Of a stretch of DNA of 64,000 nt, positions 1 to 8,958 are shown in pieces. A model generated the notes under the pieces. The model worked only from the letters and a program-made list of their open reading frames with translations, was not told where the DNA came from and did not search any database. This stretch comes from an uncultured Gemmatimonadales bacterium (GTDB lineage: Bacteria > Gemmatimonadota > Gemmatimonadetes > Longimicrobiales > RSA9), in contig CAWAMW010000017.1 in assembly GCA_963783305.1 (NCBI GenBank), forward strand, positions 32,001 to 96,000. The letters are read 5' to 3'. Position numbers and translations under genes: made by a program. Each line of letters begins with the position of its first letter. Positions within the stretch are counted from its first letter, which is position 1.

Positions 1-750
1 CGTGCCGCCACCCGTGGGATAGACGATCACGTCGGGGATCCGACCCAGCTGTTCCACCAGCTCGTAGCCCATGGTCTTCTTCCCCTCCACGCGGTACGGC
101 TCCTTCAGCGTGGAGACATCGAACCAGCCGTGCTCCTCCGCACCTTCCGCGATCAGCGCGCCGGCGTCCGTGATCAAGCCGTCCACCAGCCGGAGATCGG
201 CGCCCAGCGCCCGGATCTCCGCCAGAATCGGCCGGGGTGTGTCGGAGGGGACGGCCACGTGCGCCGGGACCCCGGCCGCGGCGGCGTACGCGGCCGCGGC
301 GGATCCCGCGTTCCCGGCGGACGGCAGCGCGATGGCGTCCATCCCGACCTCGATGGCGCGGGACACGGCCATGGCCAGGCCGCGCGCCTTGAAGCTGCCC
401 GTGGGGTTCTGAGCCTCGTCCTTCACCCACACGCGAGCCATGCCGAGGGACTCGGCCAGCCGCGGTGCGTCCAGGAGGGGCGTGAACCCTTCGCCCAGCG
501 TCACGCGGTGCTCCGGATCGCGGACCGGGAGCACCTCGGCGTACCGCCACATGTCGGGCGGACGCCCCACGAGGGCGGCGGGGGTGAACCGGCCCCGGAG
601 CGGGGCGAGGTCGTAGCGGGCCAGGAGTGGCCGGTCGCAGCAGGGTGAGGTGCGCCACGGCATCTCCGCGTCGGCATAGACCGCGCCGCAGAACCCGCAC
701 TCGAGGTAGCTAACACCCGGCGTCACCACCGGCATTGTCAGGGTCGGCAT
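1..750 (-). CDS. thrC: Threonine synthase (3' end runs off the window)
   Basis: Manual translation: N-terminal CxxC, VTLGEGFTPL, KDEAQNPTGSFKARG (PLP lysine motif), SAGNAG, YRVEGKKTMGYE, YPTGGG. ATG at 750. Confidence 0.9.
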   Translation of the reverse strand, partial: MPTLTMPVVTPGVSYLECGFCGAVYADAEMPWRTSPCCDRPLLARYDLAPLRGRFTPAALVGRPPDMWRYAEVLPVRDPEHRVTLGEGFTPLLDAPRLAESLGMARVWVKDEAQNPTGSFKARGLAMAVSRAIEVGMDAIALPSAGNAGSAAAAYAAAAGVPAHVAVPSDTPRPILAEIRALGADLRLVDGLITDAGALIAEGAEEHGWFDVSTLKEPYRVEGKKTMGYELVEQLGRIPDVIVYPTGGGT

Positions 751-787
751 GGGCGCAAGATAGTCCGCGAGTCGTGTCGTGCCAGCG

Positions 788-1081
788 TCAGAAGCTGCGG
801 CCGGCATCGCTCGGCGGCTTCCCGGGGCGCCCGTAGTGGTCGCCGCCGATGGGCCGCGCCTGCCGATACGCCCGCCGCAGGGCGTCATCGTCCATGTCGG
901 CGATCGAGCCGCGGGCGACCGCCAGCTGACGCGACTTGCGCGTTCCTTCCACGCACACGAACTCCACCACCTCGCCCTCCTCGTCGGACTCCGTCCGCCG
1001 CTCCGAGCCGGGCAGCACCCGCACCTCCCACTCCGCTCCATCCTCGTGCAATCTGCGCCAGCGCCCCTGTTCATCCGACAT
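788..1081 (-). CDS. Hypothetical protein, 97 aa
   Basis: ORF with protein-like composition filling the gap between thrC and the sigma gene. Confidence 0.65.
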   Translation of the reverse strand: MSDEQGRWRRLHEDGAEWEVRVLPGSERRTESDEEGEVVEFVCVEGTRKSRQLAVARGSIADMDDDALRRAYRQARPIGGDHYGRPGKPPSDAGRSF

Positions 1082-1159
1082 GGATCGACCTTTCCCGCTC
1101 GAGGTTCGACATCGATACTACCGCGGGTCAGGGGCAAAAAGTACGCCCCCACGACCGAG

Positions 1160-1186
1160 GCAACCGTCTCGGGCGGCGACCGCATC
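1160..1186 (+). promoter_or_regulatory. Candidate ECF-type autoregulatory promoter GCAACC-N16-GCATC
   Basis: AAC-containing -35 with 16-nt spacer, about 50 bp upstream of the ECF sigma ATG. Confidence 0.35.
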
Positions 1187-1234
1187 CCATGGGCAGGACA
1201 GAACGGCGATCCAGGCGGACAGGCCACGCAGCGG

Positions 1235-1804
1235 ATGACGGAACAGGAGCTCCTCCAGCAGGCGCGCGAGGGAGATGAGGGGGCCATGCGCGCCCTCTAC
1301 AACCGGTATGCCCCGCGTGTGTACGCGGTGGTGCGGCGGATCGCTGGCGAGGACGGGCTGGCGGACGACTGGGCCCAGGAGGCGTGGATCCGGGTGTTTC
1401 GTGCGCTGCCGGGGTTCCGGGGCGACGCGGCGTTCTCGACCTGGCTGCATCGGGTGGCGGTGAACAGCGCGCTGCAGGGGAAGCGATCGCGGACCCGTCA
1501 CGACTCGCGGGAGGAGCCTCTGCCGGCGGTCCTGCCGGCCCGGGATGACCCCTCCGACAGGGACCCGACGGTGCTCAGGATCTCGTTGGAGCGGGCGCTC
1601 GAGCGGGTCCCGGAGGGGATGAGGCAGGTGCTGGTGCTGCACGATGTGGAAGGATTCACGCACGAGGAGATCGGCGAGATGCTGGGCATAGCGGCCGGGA
1701 CATCGAAGAGCCAACTGTCGAAAGCGAGAGCCAAGATGCGCGTGTTGCTTCGCGCTTCGGATACGGTAGTCGAGGGGAGGGCGTATGCTGCATCTGACGC
1801 TTGA
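1235..1804 (+). CDS. ECF RNA polymerase sigma factor
   Basis: Region 2 (AQEAWIRVFRALPGFRGDAAFSTWLHRVAVN) and region 4 (VLHDVEGFTHEEIGEMLGIAAGTSKSQLSKAR). Start reassigned to ATG 1235. Confidence 0.93.
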   Translation: MTEQELLQQAREGDEGAMRALYNRYAPRVYAVVRRIAGEDGLADDWAQEAWIRVFRALPGFRGDAAFSTWLHRVAVNSALQGKRSRTRHDSREEPLPAVLPARDDPSDRDPTVLRISLERALERVPEGMRQVLVLHDVEGFTHEEIGEMLGIAAGTSKSQLSKARAKMRVLLRASDTVVEGRAYAASDA

Positions 1805-2450
1805 GGCGCTGGCGCGGCTCGTGGACGAGGCGCCGGACGTCCATGAGGAGGCGCACCTGGCGGACTGCTCGGTGTGTCGCGAAGAGCTGGTCGCGCTGCG
1901 TGGTCAAACCGAAGCGCTGTCGACACTGCCCAAGCTCATGCCGCCGCCCGACGCGTGGCCGGCGCTCAGCGATCGGCTGCGGGCGGAGGGCCTGGTCCGG
2001 GCCGAACGGCGGCGGATGCCCGGTCCCGGGATGATCCGGGCCGCCGCGGCGATCGCGCTGTTCCTGCTTGGCGGCGCCGCCGGCTTCGTCGCGCGCGGGC
2101 CGGTGGAGGGCGGCGCTCAGCCGCTGGCTGGTGCGCTGGAGACGGAGCCCGGGGTACGAGGCGGCACCGGCGCCGTGCCGGGTGAGTCGGCGGTGGAGCT
2201 GAGCCAGGAGGTGGAGCGGACGGAGGAGCTGTTCGCGTCGGCTCTCGACCGGTTCATGCAGGCCAGCGGGACGCGCGCTCCCGACCCGGCGGCGCGGCTG
2301 GCGGCGCTCGACAACATCGTTCTGACTACGGCGGAGGCGTTGAACGAGTCGCCGGCCGATCCGGTCATCAACAGCTATCACCTGACAGCGGTGGCGCAGC
2401 GGAAGGCGCTGCTCCGGCAGCTGTCCACTTCCACGGACCCGGTATTCTAG
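1785..2450 (+). CDS. Membrane anti-sigma factor (zf-HC2/ZAS)
   Basis: HLADCSVC (HxxxCxxC) followed by one TM helix. Overlaps the sigma gene end. Confidence 0.8.
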   Translation: MLHLTLEALARLVDEAPDVHEEAHLADCSVCREELVALRGQTEALSTLPKLMPPPDAWPALSDRLRAEGLVRAERRRMPGPGMIRAAAAIALFLLGGAAGFVARGPVEGGAQPLAGALETEPGVRGGTGAVPGESAVELSQEVERTEELFASALDRFMQASGTRAPDPAARLAALDNIVLTTAEALNESPADPVINSYHLTAVAQRKALLRQLSTSTDPVF

Positions 2451-2452
2451 CG

Positions 2453-3610
2453 ATGTCGAGACGATCGATCCTCCTCAACGCAGTCCTCCTGGCGCTGCTG
2501 CTGCCCGTTGCGGCGACCGCGCAGCGGCCGCGGCCGGCACCGAGGCCGGAGCCGGCACCCGGCTGGCTGGGCGTGGCGTACGAGGCGCGGTGGGTCCAGC
2601 GCGAGGGGCAGTGTGAGCCGCAGGTCCTCGTAGAGCAGGTGATCCACGGATCCCCCGCGGAGCGCGCGGGAGTGCGCCCGGGCGACACGCTGGTGGCGGT
2701 GGACGGGCGACCCATCCCCGGAGGACGGCTCGAGGAGCTGGCCGGTCGACTGCGGCCGGGGGACCCGGTGAGGCTGCGGGTACTGCGCGGCGGCCGGGAG
2801 CAGGAAATCACGGCGGTCGCCGACCGCCGCCCGGTCCGCCCACCGGTGGCGGCGGCCGGGGCGGAAGGCGACCCGATGCGTCGCGCCGCGCCGATCGTGC
2901 GCGTGGAGAACGGCACGCTCGTGCTCCGCAACGTGGACAGCGCACCGGGCGTCCACGGGTACTGGCTGGAGGCCGACGGGCGCACGGTCTTCCGCTCGCT
3001 CGGATCCTGGTCGACCGATGGGATGGACGAGGAGGTCCAGCGGCTGCTGGCGTGCGCGGAGAGCACACGCTGGGAGCCGGCCGCGGCCGCCGTGGCCGCG
3101 ACGCGCGTCGACCTGCGGAACGTGCAGATCCGCGCGGACAGCCTGCGCGTGCTCATGGCGCAGCGGGTGCTGGAGCACGAACGGAGCATGGCAGAGCTCT
3201 CTCGCATAGCGGACCGGCCGGAACCGCCGGAGCCGCCGGAGCCGCGGGGGCCGCGGGGATCGCGCGAGGTTCACGTGGTGGCGCCCGGCGGGAGCTACGT
3301 CCTGCGGATGGACGACCACGTGACGGCGGGCTTGCGTGGCGTCGCCGGCGCCGAGCTGGCCTCGCTGGAACCGGAGCTCGCCGCGTACTTCAGCAACGTA
3401 TCCGACGGGCTCCTGGTGCTGCGGATCTCCGCAGGGACGCCCGCGGCGCGGGCGGGCCTGATGCCCGGCGATGTCATCGTCCGTGGCGACGGTCGCCCTA
3501 TGACCTCGGTACACGACCTCCGCGCGCTGCTTTCCACCGGCGACCGTGAGCCCGTCGAGCTGCGGGTCGTCCGGAAGGGACGGAGCCGGACCATCAACCT
3601 GCCTCGCTGA
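2453..3610 (+). CDS. Secreted protein with two PDZ domains
   Basis: Signal peptide; GWLGV...GSPAERAGVRPGDTLVAVDG and GLLVLRISAGTPAARAGLMPGDVI; no trypsin-like catalytic motif seen. Confidence 0.85.
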   Translation: MSRRSILLNAVLLALLLPVAATAQRPRPAPRPEPAPGWLGVAYEARWVQREGQCEPQVLVEQVIHGSPAERAGVRPGDTLVAVDGRPIPGGRLEELAGRLRPGDPVRLRVLRGGREQEITAVADRRPVRPPVAAAGAEGDPMRRAAPIVRVENGTLVLRNVDSAPGVHGYWLEADGRTVFRSLGSWSTDGMDEEVQRLLACAESTRWEPAAAAVAATRVDLRNVQIRADSLRVLMAQRVLEHERSMAELSRIADRPEPPEPPEPRGPRGSREVHVVAPGGSYVLRMDDHVTAGLRGVAGAELASLEPELAAYFSNVSDGLLVLRISAGTPAARAGLMPGDVIVRGDGRPMTSVHDLRALLSTGDREPVELRVVRKGRSRTINLPR

Positions 3611-4925
3611 GTCGCGTCAACCGGTCGGCGGCGGTGAACCCCGACCGGACCGCGCCCTCGACCGTGGGCGTGACCAGGTAGTCTCCCGCCAGCGCGAGCC
3701 ACGATGGGAGCGACTCCTGACGGAACGCAGCGACTCGCCGGAAATGGCCGGGGGCCGGTGCCCAGACCGCGTCGGGAAGCCGGACCAGTCGCGCCTCCGC
3801 CACCTCGGCCGCGGCGGCGGGCATGATCAGCCGCAGGGCGGCCAGTCCCTCCTCCAGCGCCACCGACGACGACGACCCTGCCCAGCGCGCACCCGTGGCC
3901 GGCGCGGGAACCAGGACCAGTGCGCCACCACCGGGGCCCACCACGGCCGTGCCCTTCTCCCCCTGCACGCACACCGCCGCGAGCGTTTCGCCAGCCGGCT
4001 CCGTGCGGGGAACGGAGAGGCCGAACCAGCCGGTGGCCATGCGGGTCCGCGTCGCCAGCACCAGGCTGGCCGTGGAACGCACTTTGATTCCCTTCAGCAG
4101 CTCGACAGACGGCACCAGCGCAGCGGCGGGGCCGGGCGGAATCGCGAGGATCACCCGCTCGTGCTCGACCGTCTCGCCATCCAGGACGACGCGGACCCCG
4201 CCCGGAGACGGATCCAGCCCCAGCACCCGCGCGTCCGTCCGGATCTCGACACCCCGGCTTTCGAGCGCCGCGCCCATCGCCGCCGCCAGCTCGCCGAACC
4301 CGCCCCGGGCGCCCACCACCTCCACACCCATCCCCGACCGCGCCAGCGCGTGGAACAGCCCCGCGCTGGTCTCTTCCGGTGTCACCCCGTAGTACGCGGA
4401 CAGGAGCGGGTAGGCCAGCCACTCCACGAAATCCTCGCCGAGATGGTCCCGTCCCCACTCCGCGATCGACTCCTCGTCGAGCCCCGCGGCCGCCGCTCGG
4501 ACCGGGGCGTTCAGGTCCAGCGAGCCCGCGTGCCGCTCCAGGAAGGGCACGTAGCGCAGCCCCATCCGGAGCTTCAGCCGCGTCGGCAGCGCGCCCGATG
4601 CCACCATGCTCGTGATCGAGCCGTATCGCAGCGGGTGGGGGCGGCCGTCCCGCCAGAGCGCGTCCCGCCCCGGCGCACCCACCATGCCGTCGCTCAATCC
4701 CATCTCCCCGAGCAGCGCCAGCGTGCGGTCGTAGTCCTCCGAGAGCAGCTGCACCGCCACGTCCGCACCCCGCCCCGCCACCCGCTCGGTACGCAGCCGC
4801 CCACCTACCCTGGACGTCGACTCGTACACCCGCACTCGCCGCCCCGCCGACGCGAGCCGCCACGCCGCCGCCATCCCGGCCGGTCCACTGCCGACCACCG
4901 CCGTCACTCCATCCGTGTTCGTCAT
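3594..4925 (-). CDS. FAD-dependent oxidoreductase (HemY/amine-oxidase family)
   Basis: VVGSGPAGMAAA...VYE...VGGRLRT dinucleotide-binding motif; C-terminal LAGDY...VEGAVRSG. Confidence 0.85.
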   Translation of the reverse strand: MTNTDGVTAVVGSGPAGMAAAWRLASAGRRVRVYESTSRVGGRLRTERVAGRGADVAVQLLSEDYDRTLALLGEMGLSDGMVGAPGRDALWRDGRPHPLRYGSITSMVASGALPTRLKLRMGLRYVPFLERHAGSLDLNAPVRAAAAGLDEESIAEWGRDHLGEDFVEWLAYPLLSAYYGVTPEETSAGLFHALARSGMGVEVVGARGGFGELAAAMGAALESRGVEIRTDARVLGLDPSPGGVRVVLDGETVEHERVILAIPPGPAAALVPSVELLKGIKVRSTASLVLATRTRMATGWFGLSVPRTEPAGETLAAVCVQGEKGTAVVGPGGGALVLVPAPATGARWAGSSSSVALEEGLAALRLIMPAAAAEVAEARLVRLPDAVWAPAPGHFRRVAAFRQESLPSWLALAGDYLVTPTVEGAVRSGFTAADRLTRLSEAG

Positions 4926-4943
4926 TGCGCGACAGTAACAAGC

Positions 4944-4976
4944 AAAAAGCCCGCGAGCCACTACGGCTCGCGGGCT
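4944..4976 (-). terminator. Intrinsic terminator
   Basis: 12-bp stem AGCCCGCGAGCC/GGCTCGCGGGCT with a 5-nt loop, followed by a T-run on the minus strand. Confidence 0.8.
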
Positions 4977-5002
4977 CATTCCCGCTCGGGACCTCGTGCC
5001 GC

Positions 5003-5200
5003 TCAGGCCGGGGTGGGCTTCCAGCGCCCGTACGGCAGCGTCGGCTCAGGGCGGACCTTGCCGCCCCAGATGAACGCGCTGATCAGCGGCTTCGGCTCCC
5101 GCGCCTCCACATCGTGGATCACGATCCCCGCCGGCAGCTCCCTTTCTATGTCCTTCACATCGCGCTTCTTCACGCTCGACTCCTCTGCGTCTGTCCCCAT
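5003..5200 (-). CDS. Small hypothetical protein, 65 aa
   Basis: GGGAGGGAG SD-like sequence upstream of ATG 5200; followed by a terminator. Confidence 0.6.
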   Translation of the reverse strand: MGTDAEESSVKKRDVKDIERELPAGIVIHDVEAREPKPLISAFIWGGKVRPEPTLPYGRWKPTPA

Positions 5201-5253
5201 CCACACTCCCTCCCGCGTACGACCCAGGCGCACGCACACACCCATGGAATAAG

Positions 5254-5268
5254 GCAGACCCTGTGCCC
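5254..5268 (-). promoter_or_regulatory. Candidate sigma54 promoter GGGCAC-AGGGT-CTGC
   Basis: GG-N10-GC spacing, with a CAA-N4-TTA IHF-like motif at 5287-5296. Confidence 0.4.
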
Positions 5269-5308
5269 GCACGGCCGTGGTACGCATAAGCTGTTGCCGT
5301 ACAATCCC

Positions 5309-5626
5309 TTAGGCGATGTCGTACCCCGCGCCCTCGCCGTCGAGTGTCCCATCGGGGGGACGGTCGGGCGTGTCGCTTCGACACGTTCGGAGCCAGCGGC
5401 GGTAGCCCGGGAGGGCGAGGTGCTGGAAGATGAGCTCGTCCACGGCGTCGCGGAGGAGGATCTCGGTGAGGGGGTACTGTCCATCGGGGGTGCCGAAGAG
5501 CTCGTCGACGGCGCGGTCGGCGAGGGAGAGGAGCTCTTCGCGGGTGAGAGCGGACTTGTAGTCCTCGATTCGGTCTTCGACCCAGTCGAGGTATTCCTGT
5601 CTGGGGGAGGGTGGAGTGAGGGTCAT
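5309..5626 (-). CDS. Hypothetical protein, 105 aa
   Basis: Globular-looking ORF translationally coupled to the upstream receiver gene. Confidence 0.75.
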   Translation of the reverse strand: MTLTPPSPRQEYLDWVEDRIEDYKSALTREELLSLADRAVDELFGTPDGQYPLTEILLRDAVDELIFQHLALPGYRRWLRTCRSDTPDRPPDGTLDGEGAGYDIA

Positions 5627-6222
5627 GGGCGGGCGTCACGGAGGATGTCGCGCGCGACGTCAGCGGGTGAGCGTCCCTGGTTGCGTGCCCGTTCGAGGAG
5701 GAGGGAAGCGGCGGCGGCGGGCCGTGTGCCGGCGGCCATGAGCTCGACCGCGCGGGCGGTGGTGGCGCGGTCCTGTTCATCCGGAAAGGGCGCGGCGCCG
5801 TCCGATTCGTTGTCGACGGCGCGATCGAGCCAGTCCTGGAATCCCGCGCGAGCGGCGGCGAGAGCGGCGCCGATCTCGTCGAGGCCGGCGGGCTTGATCA
5901 GGACGTCGAAGACGGGCGGCCGGGGTAGCGGATCCGGTAGATCGGCGGTGCCCACACCGGTGAGGAGCACGATGGGAGTGGGGGCGACCTCGAAGAGTGC
6001 GATGGCGGCGTCGAGTCCGGATCGGCCGGGCATGCGGACGTCGAAGAGCGCGACATCGACGGGAAAGCATGCACCGAGTGCGACGGCCTCATCGCCATCG
6101 CGGGCGGGGCCGAGGACGCGGTAGTCGAGGGCCTCGAGCTGGGCCCGGAGCGCCATGCTCGCGAGCGGCTCGTCCTCGGCGATCAGGACGAGGGGCCGGG
6201 GGTCGTGGTCCTGGGCGGTCAC
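5623..6222 (-). CDS. Response regulator with divergent ANTAR-like output (AmiR/NasR/PdtaR type)
   Basis: VLIAEDE, ALFDVRMPG, IVLLT and LIKP receiver motifs; C-terminal ARAVELM...LLLERARNQGRSPADVARDIL. GTG start at 6222. Confidence 0.75.
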   Translation of the reverse strand: MTAQDHDPRPLVLIAEDEPLASMALRAQLEALDYRVLGPARDGDEAVALGACFPVDVALFDVRMPGRSGLDAAIALFEVAPTPIVLLTGVGTADLPDPLPRPPVFDVLIKPAGLDEIGAALAAARAGFQDWLDRAVDNESDGAAPFPDEQDRATTARAVELMAAGTRPAAAASLLLERARNQGRSPADVARDILRDARP

Positions 6223-7112
6223 GGCTCGCGCTCCTGATCGGCGTCGGACACCACCACCGCCTCGAACCCCTGGCTCCGGATGCGACCGAGGAGCGCCGAG
6301 GCGTCTCCCGAGTGGGTGAACCGACCGACCCGGACCCTGAGCAGGTCGTTTCTCGGGACGCGAACCTGCCGGGGCGAGAACCCCGCGCGCTGAAGCCGCT
6401 CCACGAGGGCGTCCGCGGTGGCTTGCTGCCGGAACGCCCCGGTCTGCACGGACCACTTGCCCGTGGCCGCTGGCTGCGCCGTTTCCGGAGCGGTGGAAGC
6501 GGCCGCGACGGAGGTGCTGGCGGCTGCGGGGGCGGGGGCGGGGGCGGCGCCGTCGAGGGCGCACGCAGCGCCGGCCTCGATCCGGAGCATGGCGGCGAGC
6601 TGCGGATCGAGGGCGTCCTCTAGCCCGGCCCGCGCGGCGGAGCAGGCGGCGGCGGAGCGGCGCGCGGCGTTCTGGGCACGGGCGAGCCAGAGGAGGCTCA
6701 CCGGTCTCTGCCCGTAGCCCGGGTAGTCCGTGGTGAGGCGATCGAGATAGGCGGCAGCGCGGGTGGCATCGCCCGTGGCGAGGAGCCCCTGTCCGAGGCG
6801 GAGCAGCGCGTCGGCCGCGAAGGGAGAGGCCGGATAGCCGAGGACCACGGCGAGGTAGTCGGCCTCGGCGTCCTTCGGGTCGGGCTGGAGCCGGGCGCGG
6901 AGCGTGAGGGCGCGGGGCATCTCCGCGCCCTGACCACCGCCCCGGCCCCGCGTCTCCCACCAGTTGTCGAGAGTGGTGCGGGCGCCGTCATAGTCCCCAA
7001 GGGTGATGAGGCTGTCCACGCGCGGCAGCGACGGCGTCTGTGCGCTGGCGGCCGCCGGCATCCCGGCGCAGGCCACGAGGGCCAGAACGGTGGCGCGGGT
7101 CCGGGCGCTCAT
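6219..7112 (-). CDS. Secreted TPR + SPOR domain protein
   Basis: Signal peptide, TPR-like YPASPFAADALLRLGQ, C-terminal WSVQTGAF...RVRVGRF SPOR domain. Confidence 0.85.
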   Translation of the reverse strand: MSARTRATVLALVACAGMPAAASAQTPSLPRVDSLITLGDYDGARTTLDNWWETRGRGGGQGAEMPRALTLRARLQPDPKDAEADYLAVVLGYPASPFAADALLRLGQGLLATGDATRAAAYLDRLTTDYPGYGQRPVSLLWLARAQNAARRSAAACSAARAGLEDALDPQLAAMLRIEAGAACALDGAAPAPAPAAASTSVAAASTAPETAQPAATGKWSVQTGAFRQQATADALVERLQRAGFSPRQVRVPRNDLLRVRVGRFTHSGDASALLGRIRSQGFEAVVVSDADQEREP

Positions 7113-8119
7113 GCCGCGGCCTTCCGATCGTGCTGCAGGCGCAGCAGCAGCTCTTCCATGATCTGCGACTCGGTGAGCGGCGCCGACTTGAGCAGCCGAT
7201 CGGCGCGGGCGAGGTGCTCGAGCCCCCGCTCCACCTGCTCCGCGGTCCACCCGCGCGCCTGGCCCACGACTCGCCCGGCCAGCCAGCGCTGGTGTCGCGG
7301 CAGCGCCGACTCCAGAGCGCGCTTCCCGCCCGCCACGCACACGGCGACCCGGAGCAGCTGGTTGGCCAGCCCGATGACGAGGCCCACCCCACTGTCTCCA
7401 GTCTCCAGCAGGATCGGGAAGGTCCGGCGCGCCTCCTCGATGCGGCCCTCGGCCACCATATCGATCCACTCCCAGCGATCCTGTCGCGAGATCGACCCCA
7501 CTACCGCTTCCACGTCCTCGCGGCGGATGACCGCACGCTCGCCCACATACTCCCGCAGCTTCTCCAACTCCTTCACCATCATCGCCAGGTCACCGCCGAT
7601 GGCGGTGGCGATGGCCCGCGCCGCGTCCGGCTCCAGCACCAGTCCATCGCGCTTCGCCGCGGCCATGAGCCAGCCGGGGAGGTCGGCGTCGGAGAGACGC
7701 GGGAACTCCACCGACACGGTTTCCTTCCGGAGCGTCTTCCAGATCTTGGCCTTGCTCGAGCTGATGTCCGCCTTGAGGATCAGCGCGAGACCGGGCGGCG
7801 GCGCCGCGGCCACATCCTCCAGGATCTTCCGGGACGTGGAGCTGCCAGCCAACGCCTGCGTGTCGTGGACGACCACCACGCGCCACTCCGCCATCATGGG
7901 CGGCGTCTGGATCAGGGATGCCAGCGTCTCCGGCGTGACATCCGTACCCCGGACCTCGTCCAGATTGAAGTCGCGCGTGCCCTCCTCGAGGTGCGCCGCC
8001 ACGAGCTTGCGAGTCGCAAGCTCCTTCAGGTGCTCCTCATCGCCGTGCAGAAAGAAAACGCCCCCCCGTCCCCCCTCCTGGAGGTGGCGGATGAGGCGCT
8101 CGTGGCTCAGGGCCGGCAT
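7109..8119 (-). CDS. holA: DNA polymerase III delta subunit
   Basis: FFLHGDEEHL, DFNLDEVRG, QTPPMMAEWRVVVV, ELEKLREY, ADRLLKS. Confidence 0.92.
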   Translation of the reverse strand: MPALSHERLIRHLQEGGRGGVFFLHGDEEHLKELATRKLVAAHLEEGTRDFNLDEVRGTDVTPETLASLIQTPPMMAEWRVVVVHDTQALAGSSTSRKILEDVAAAPPPGLALILKADISSSKAKIWKTLRKETVSVEFPRLSDADLPGWLMAAAKRDGLVLEPDAARAIATAIGGDLAMMVKELEKLREYVGERAVIRREDVEAVVGSISRQDRWEWIDMVAEGRIEEARRTFPILLETGDSGVGLVIGLANQLLRVAVCVAGGKRALESALPRHQRWLAGRVVGQARGWTAEQVERGLEHLARADRLLKSAPLTESQIMEELLLRLQHDRKAAA

Positions 8120-8123
8120 CAGG

Positions 8124-8750
8124 TCAATCGGGCGTTGGGTGCGTGGAGAGCGAGACTCGCGTCCAGGACGGCCCGGCTCGGTACGCCGGCTGCCCCATTA
8201 CCAGTGGAGAATACGACGAGGAAGCCGTCCGGTCTACCCTCTCCGACCCCCACGGCCTCGCCTCCCCGGGTCCCATGGCCAGAACAGAAGGCGGGAGCCC
8301 GCGGGCCGCTCCCGACACACGGTCGTCATCCCGCCACGTGCGCGGGGGCGCGGCCGAGGCGTGCGTGCGCGAGTCCGCGGCCACTCCCGGGGACCACCCG
8401 TCGAGGCCCGTACTCACTCCTGCGATGGCGGCGGCCGCGGCCGCCGCCATCAGCAGCGCCATCACCGGGGGCGCAGACGCCACCTGCCACGACCTGTTCG
8501 TGAACCGCCCCCGCTCCGTGCCAGGCCCCGGACCGCCCCCCAGACGCATGTGGAGCCGCGGGCCGAACGCGCCCGACGGCTCCACATCCGGCAGCTGGCG
8601 CGCCAGCATGCGGCCCTTCCTCAGGACGCGGTCATACCTCGTACACGCCGGACATGCCGACATGTGCGCCCGGAACCGCTCTGTCTCCGCATGCGAGATC
8701 AGGCTGTCGTCGTATTCGGAGTACCGCTGGAGAAATTCGCTGCAATTCAT
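8124..8750 (-). CDS. Anti-sigma factor (zf-HC2)
   Basis: MNC...HMSACPAC motif plus a hydrophobic segment; downstream of an ECF sigma gene. Confidence 0.8.
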   Translation of the reverse strand: MNCSEFLQRYSEYDDSLISHAETERFRAHMSACPACTRYDRVLRKGRMLARQLPDVEPSGAFGPRLHMRLGGGPGPGTERGRFTNRSWQVASAPPVMALLMAAAAAAAIAGVSTGLDGWSPGVAADSRTHASAAPPRTWRDDDRVSGAARGLPPSVLAMGPGEARPWGSERVDRTASSSYSPLVMGQPAYRAGPSWTRVSLSTHPTPD

Positions 8751-8780
8751 GGATTCTGCTCAGGTGCGTGTTCGGTCCAT

Positions 8781-8807
8781 CTACCGGGGGCGCGAGGGAA
8801 AGGTTCC
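8781..8807 (-). promoter_or_regulatory. Candidate ECF promoter GGAACC-N16-GGTAG
   Basis: GGAAC -35 motif with 16-nt spacer, about 30 bp upstream of the anti-sigma ATG. Confidence 0.35.
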
Positions 8808-8958
8808 TGGCGGGAGCGCCGCTGGCGCGGTGCGGAGAGCGACTTCGGCGCGGAGGAGCGCCAATTGCGCGGCGCGGGATGCGCGAAGCCCGCCGCTCCC
8901 TGCCAGGAGAACGACGGGCTCCGCGTACTGTCCAGGTCCCCCCGGGCCCGGCCCTGCG

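Noticed and set aside
4926..5002. ANTAR target RNA: GGG-AATGAG-CCC overlapping the terminator near the ANTAR-like regulator
   Set aside because: Only one 3-bp hairpin, with no convincing partner hairpin. A downstream leaderless promoter explains expression of the next gene.
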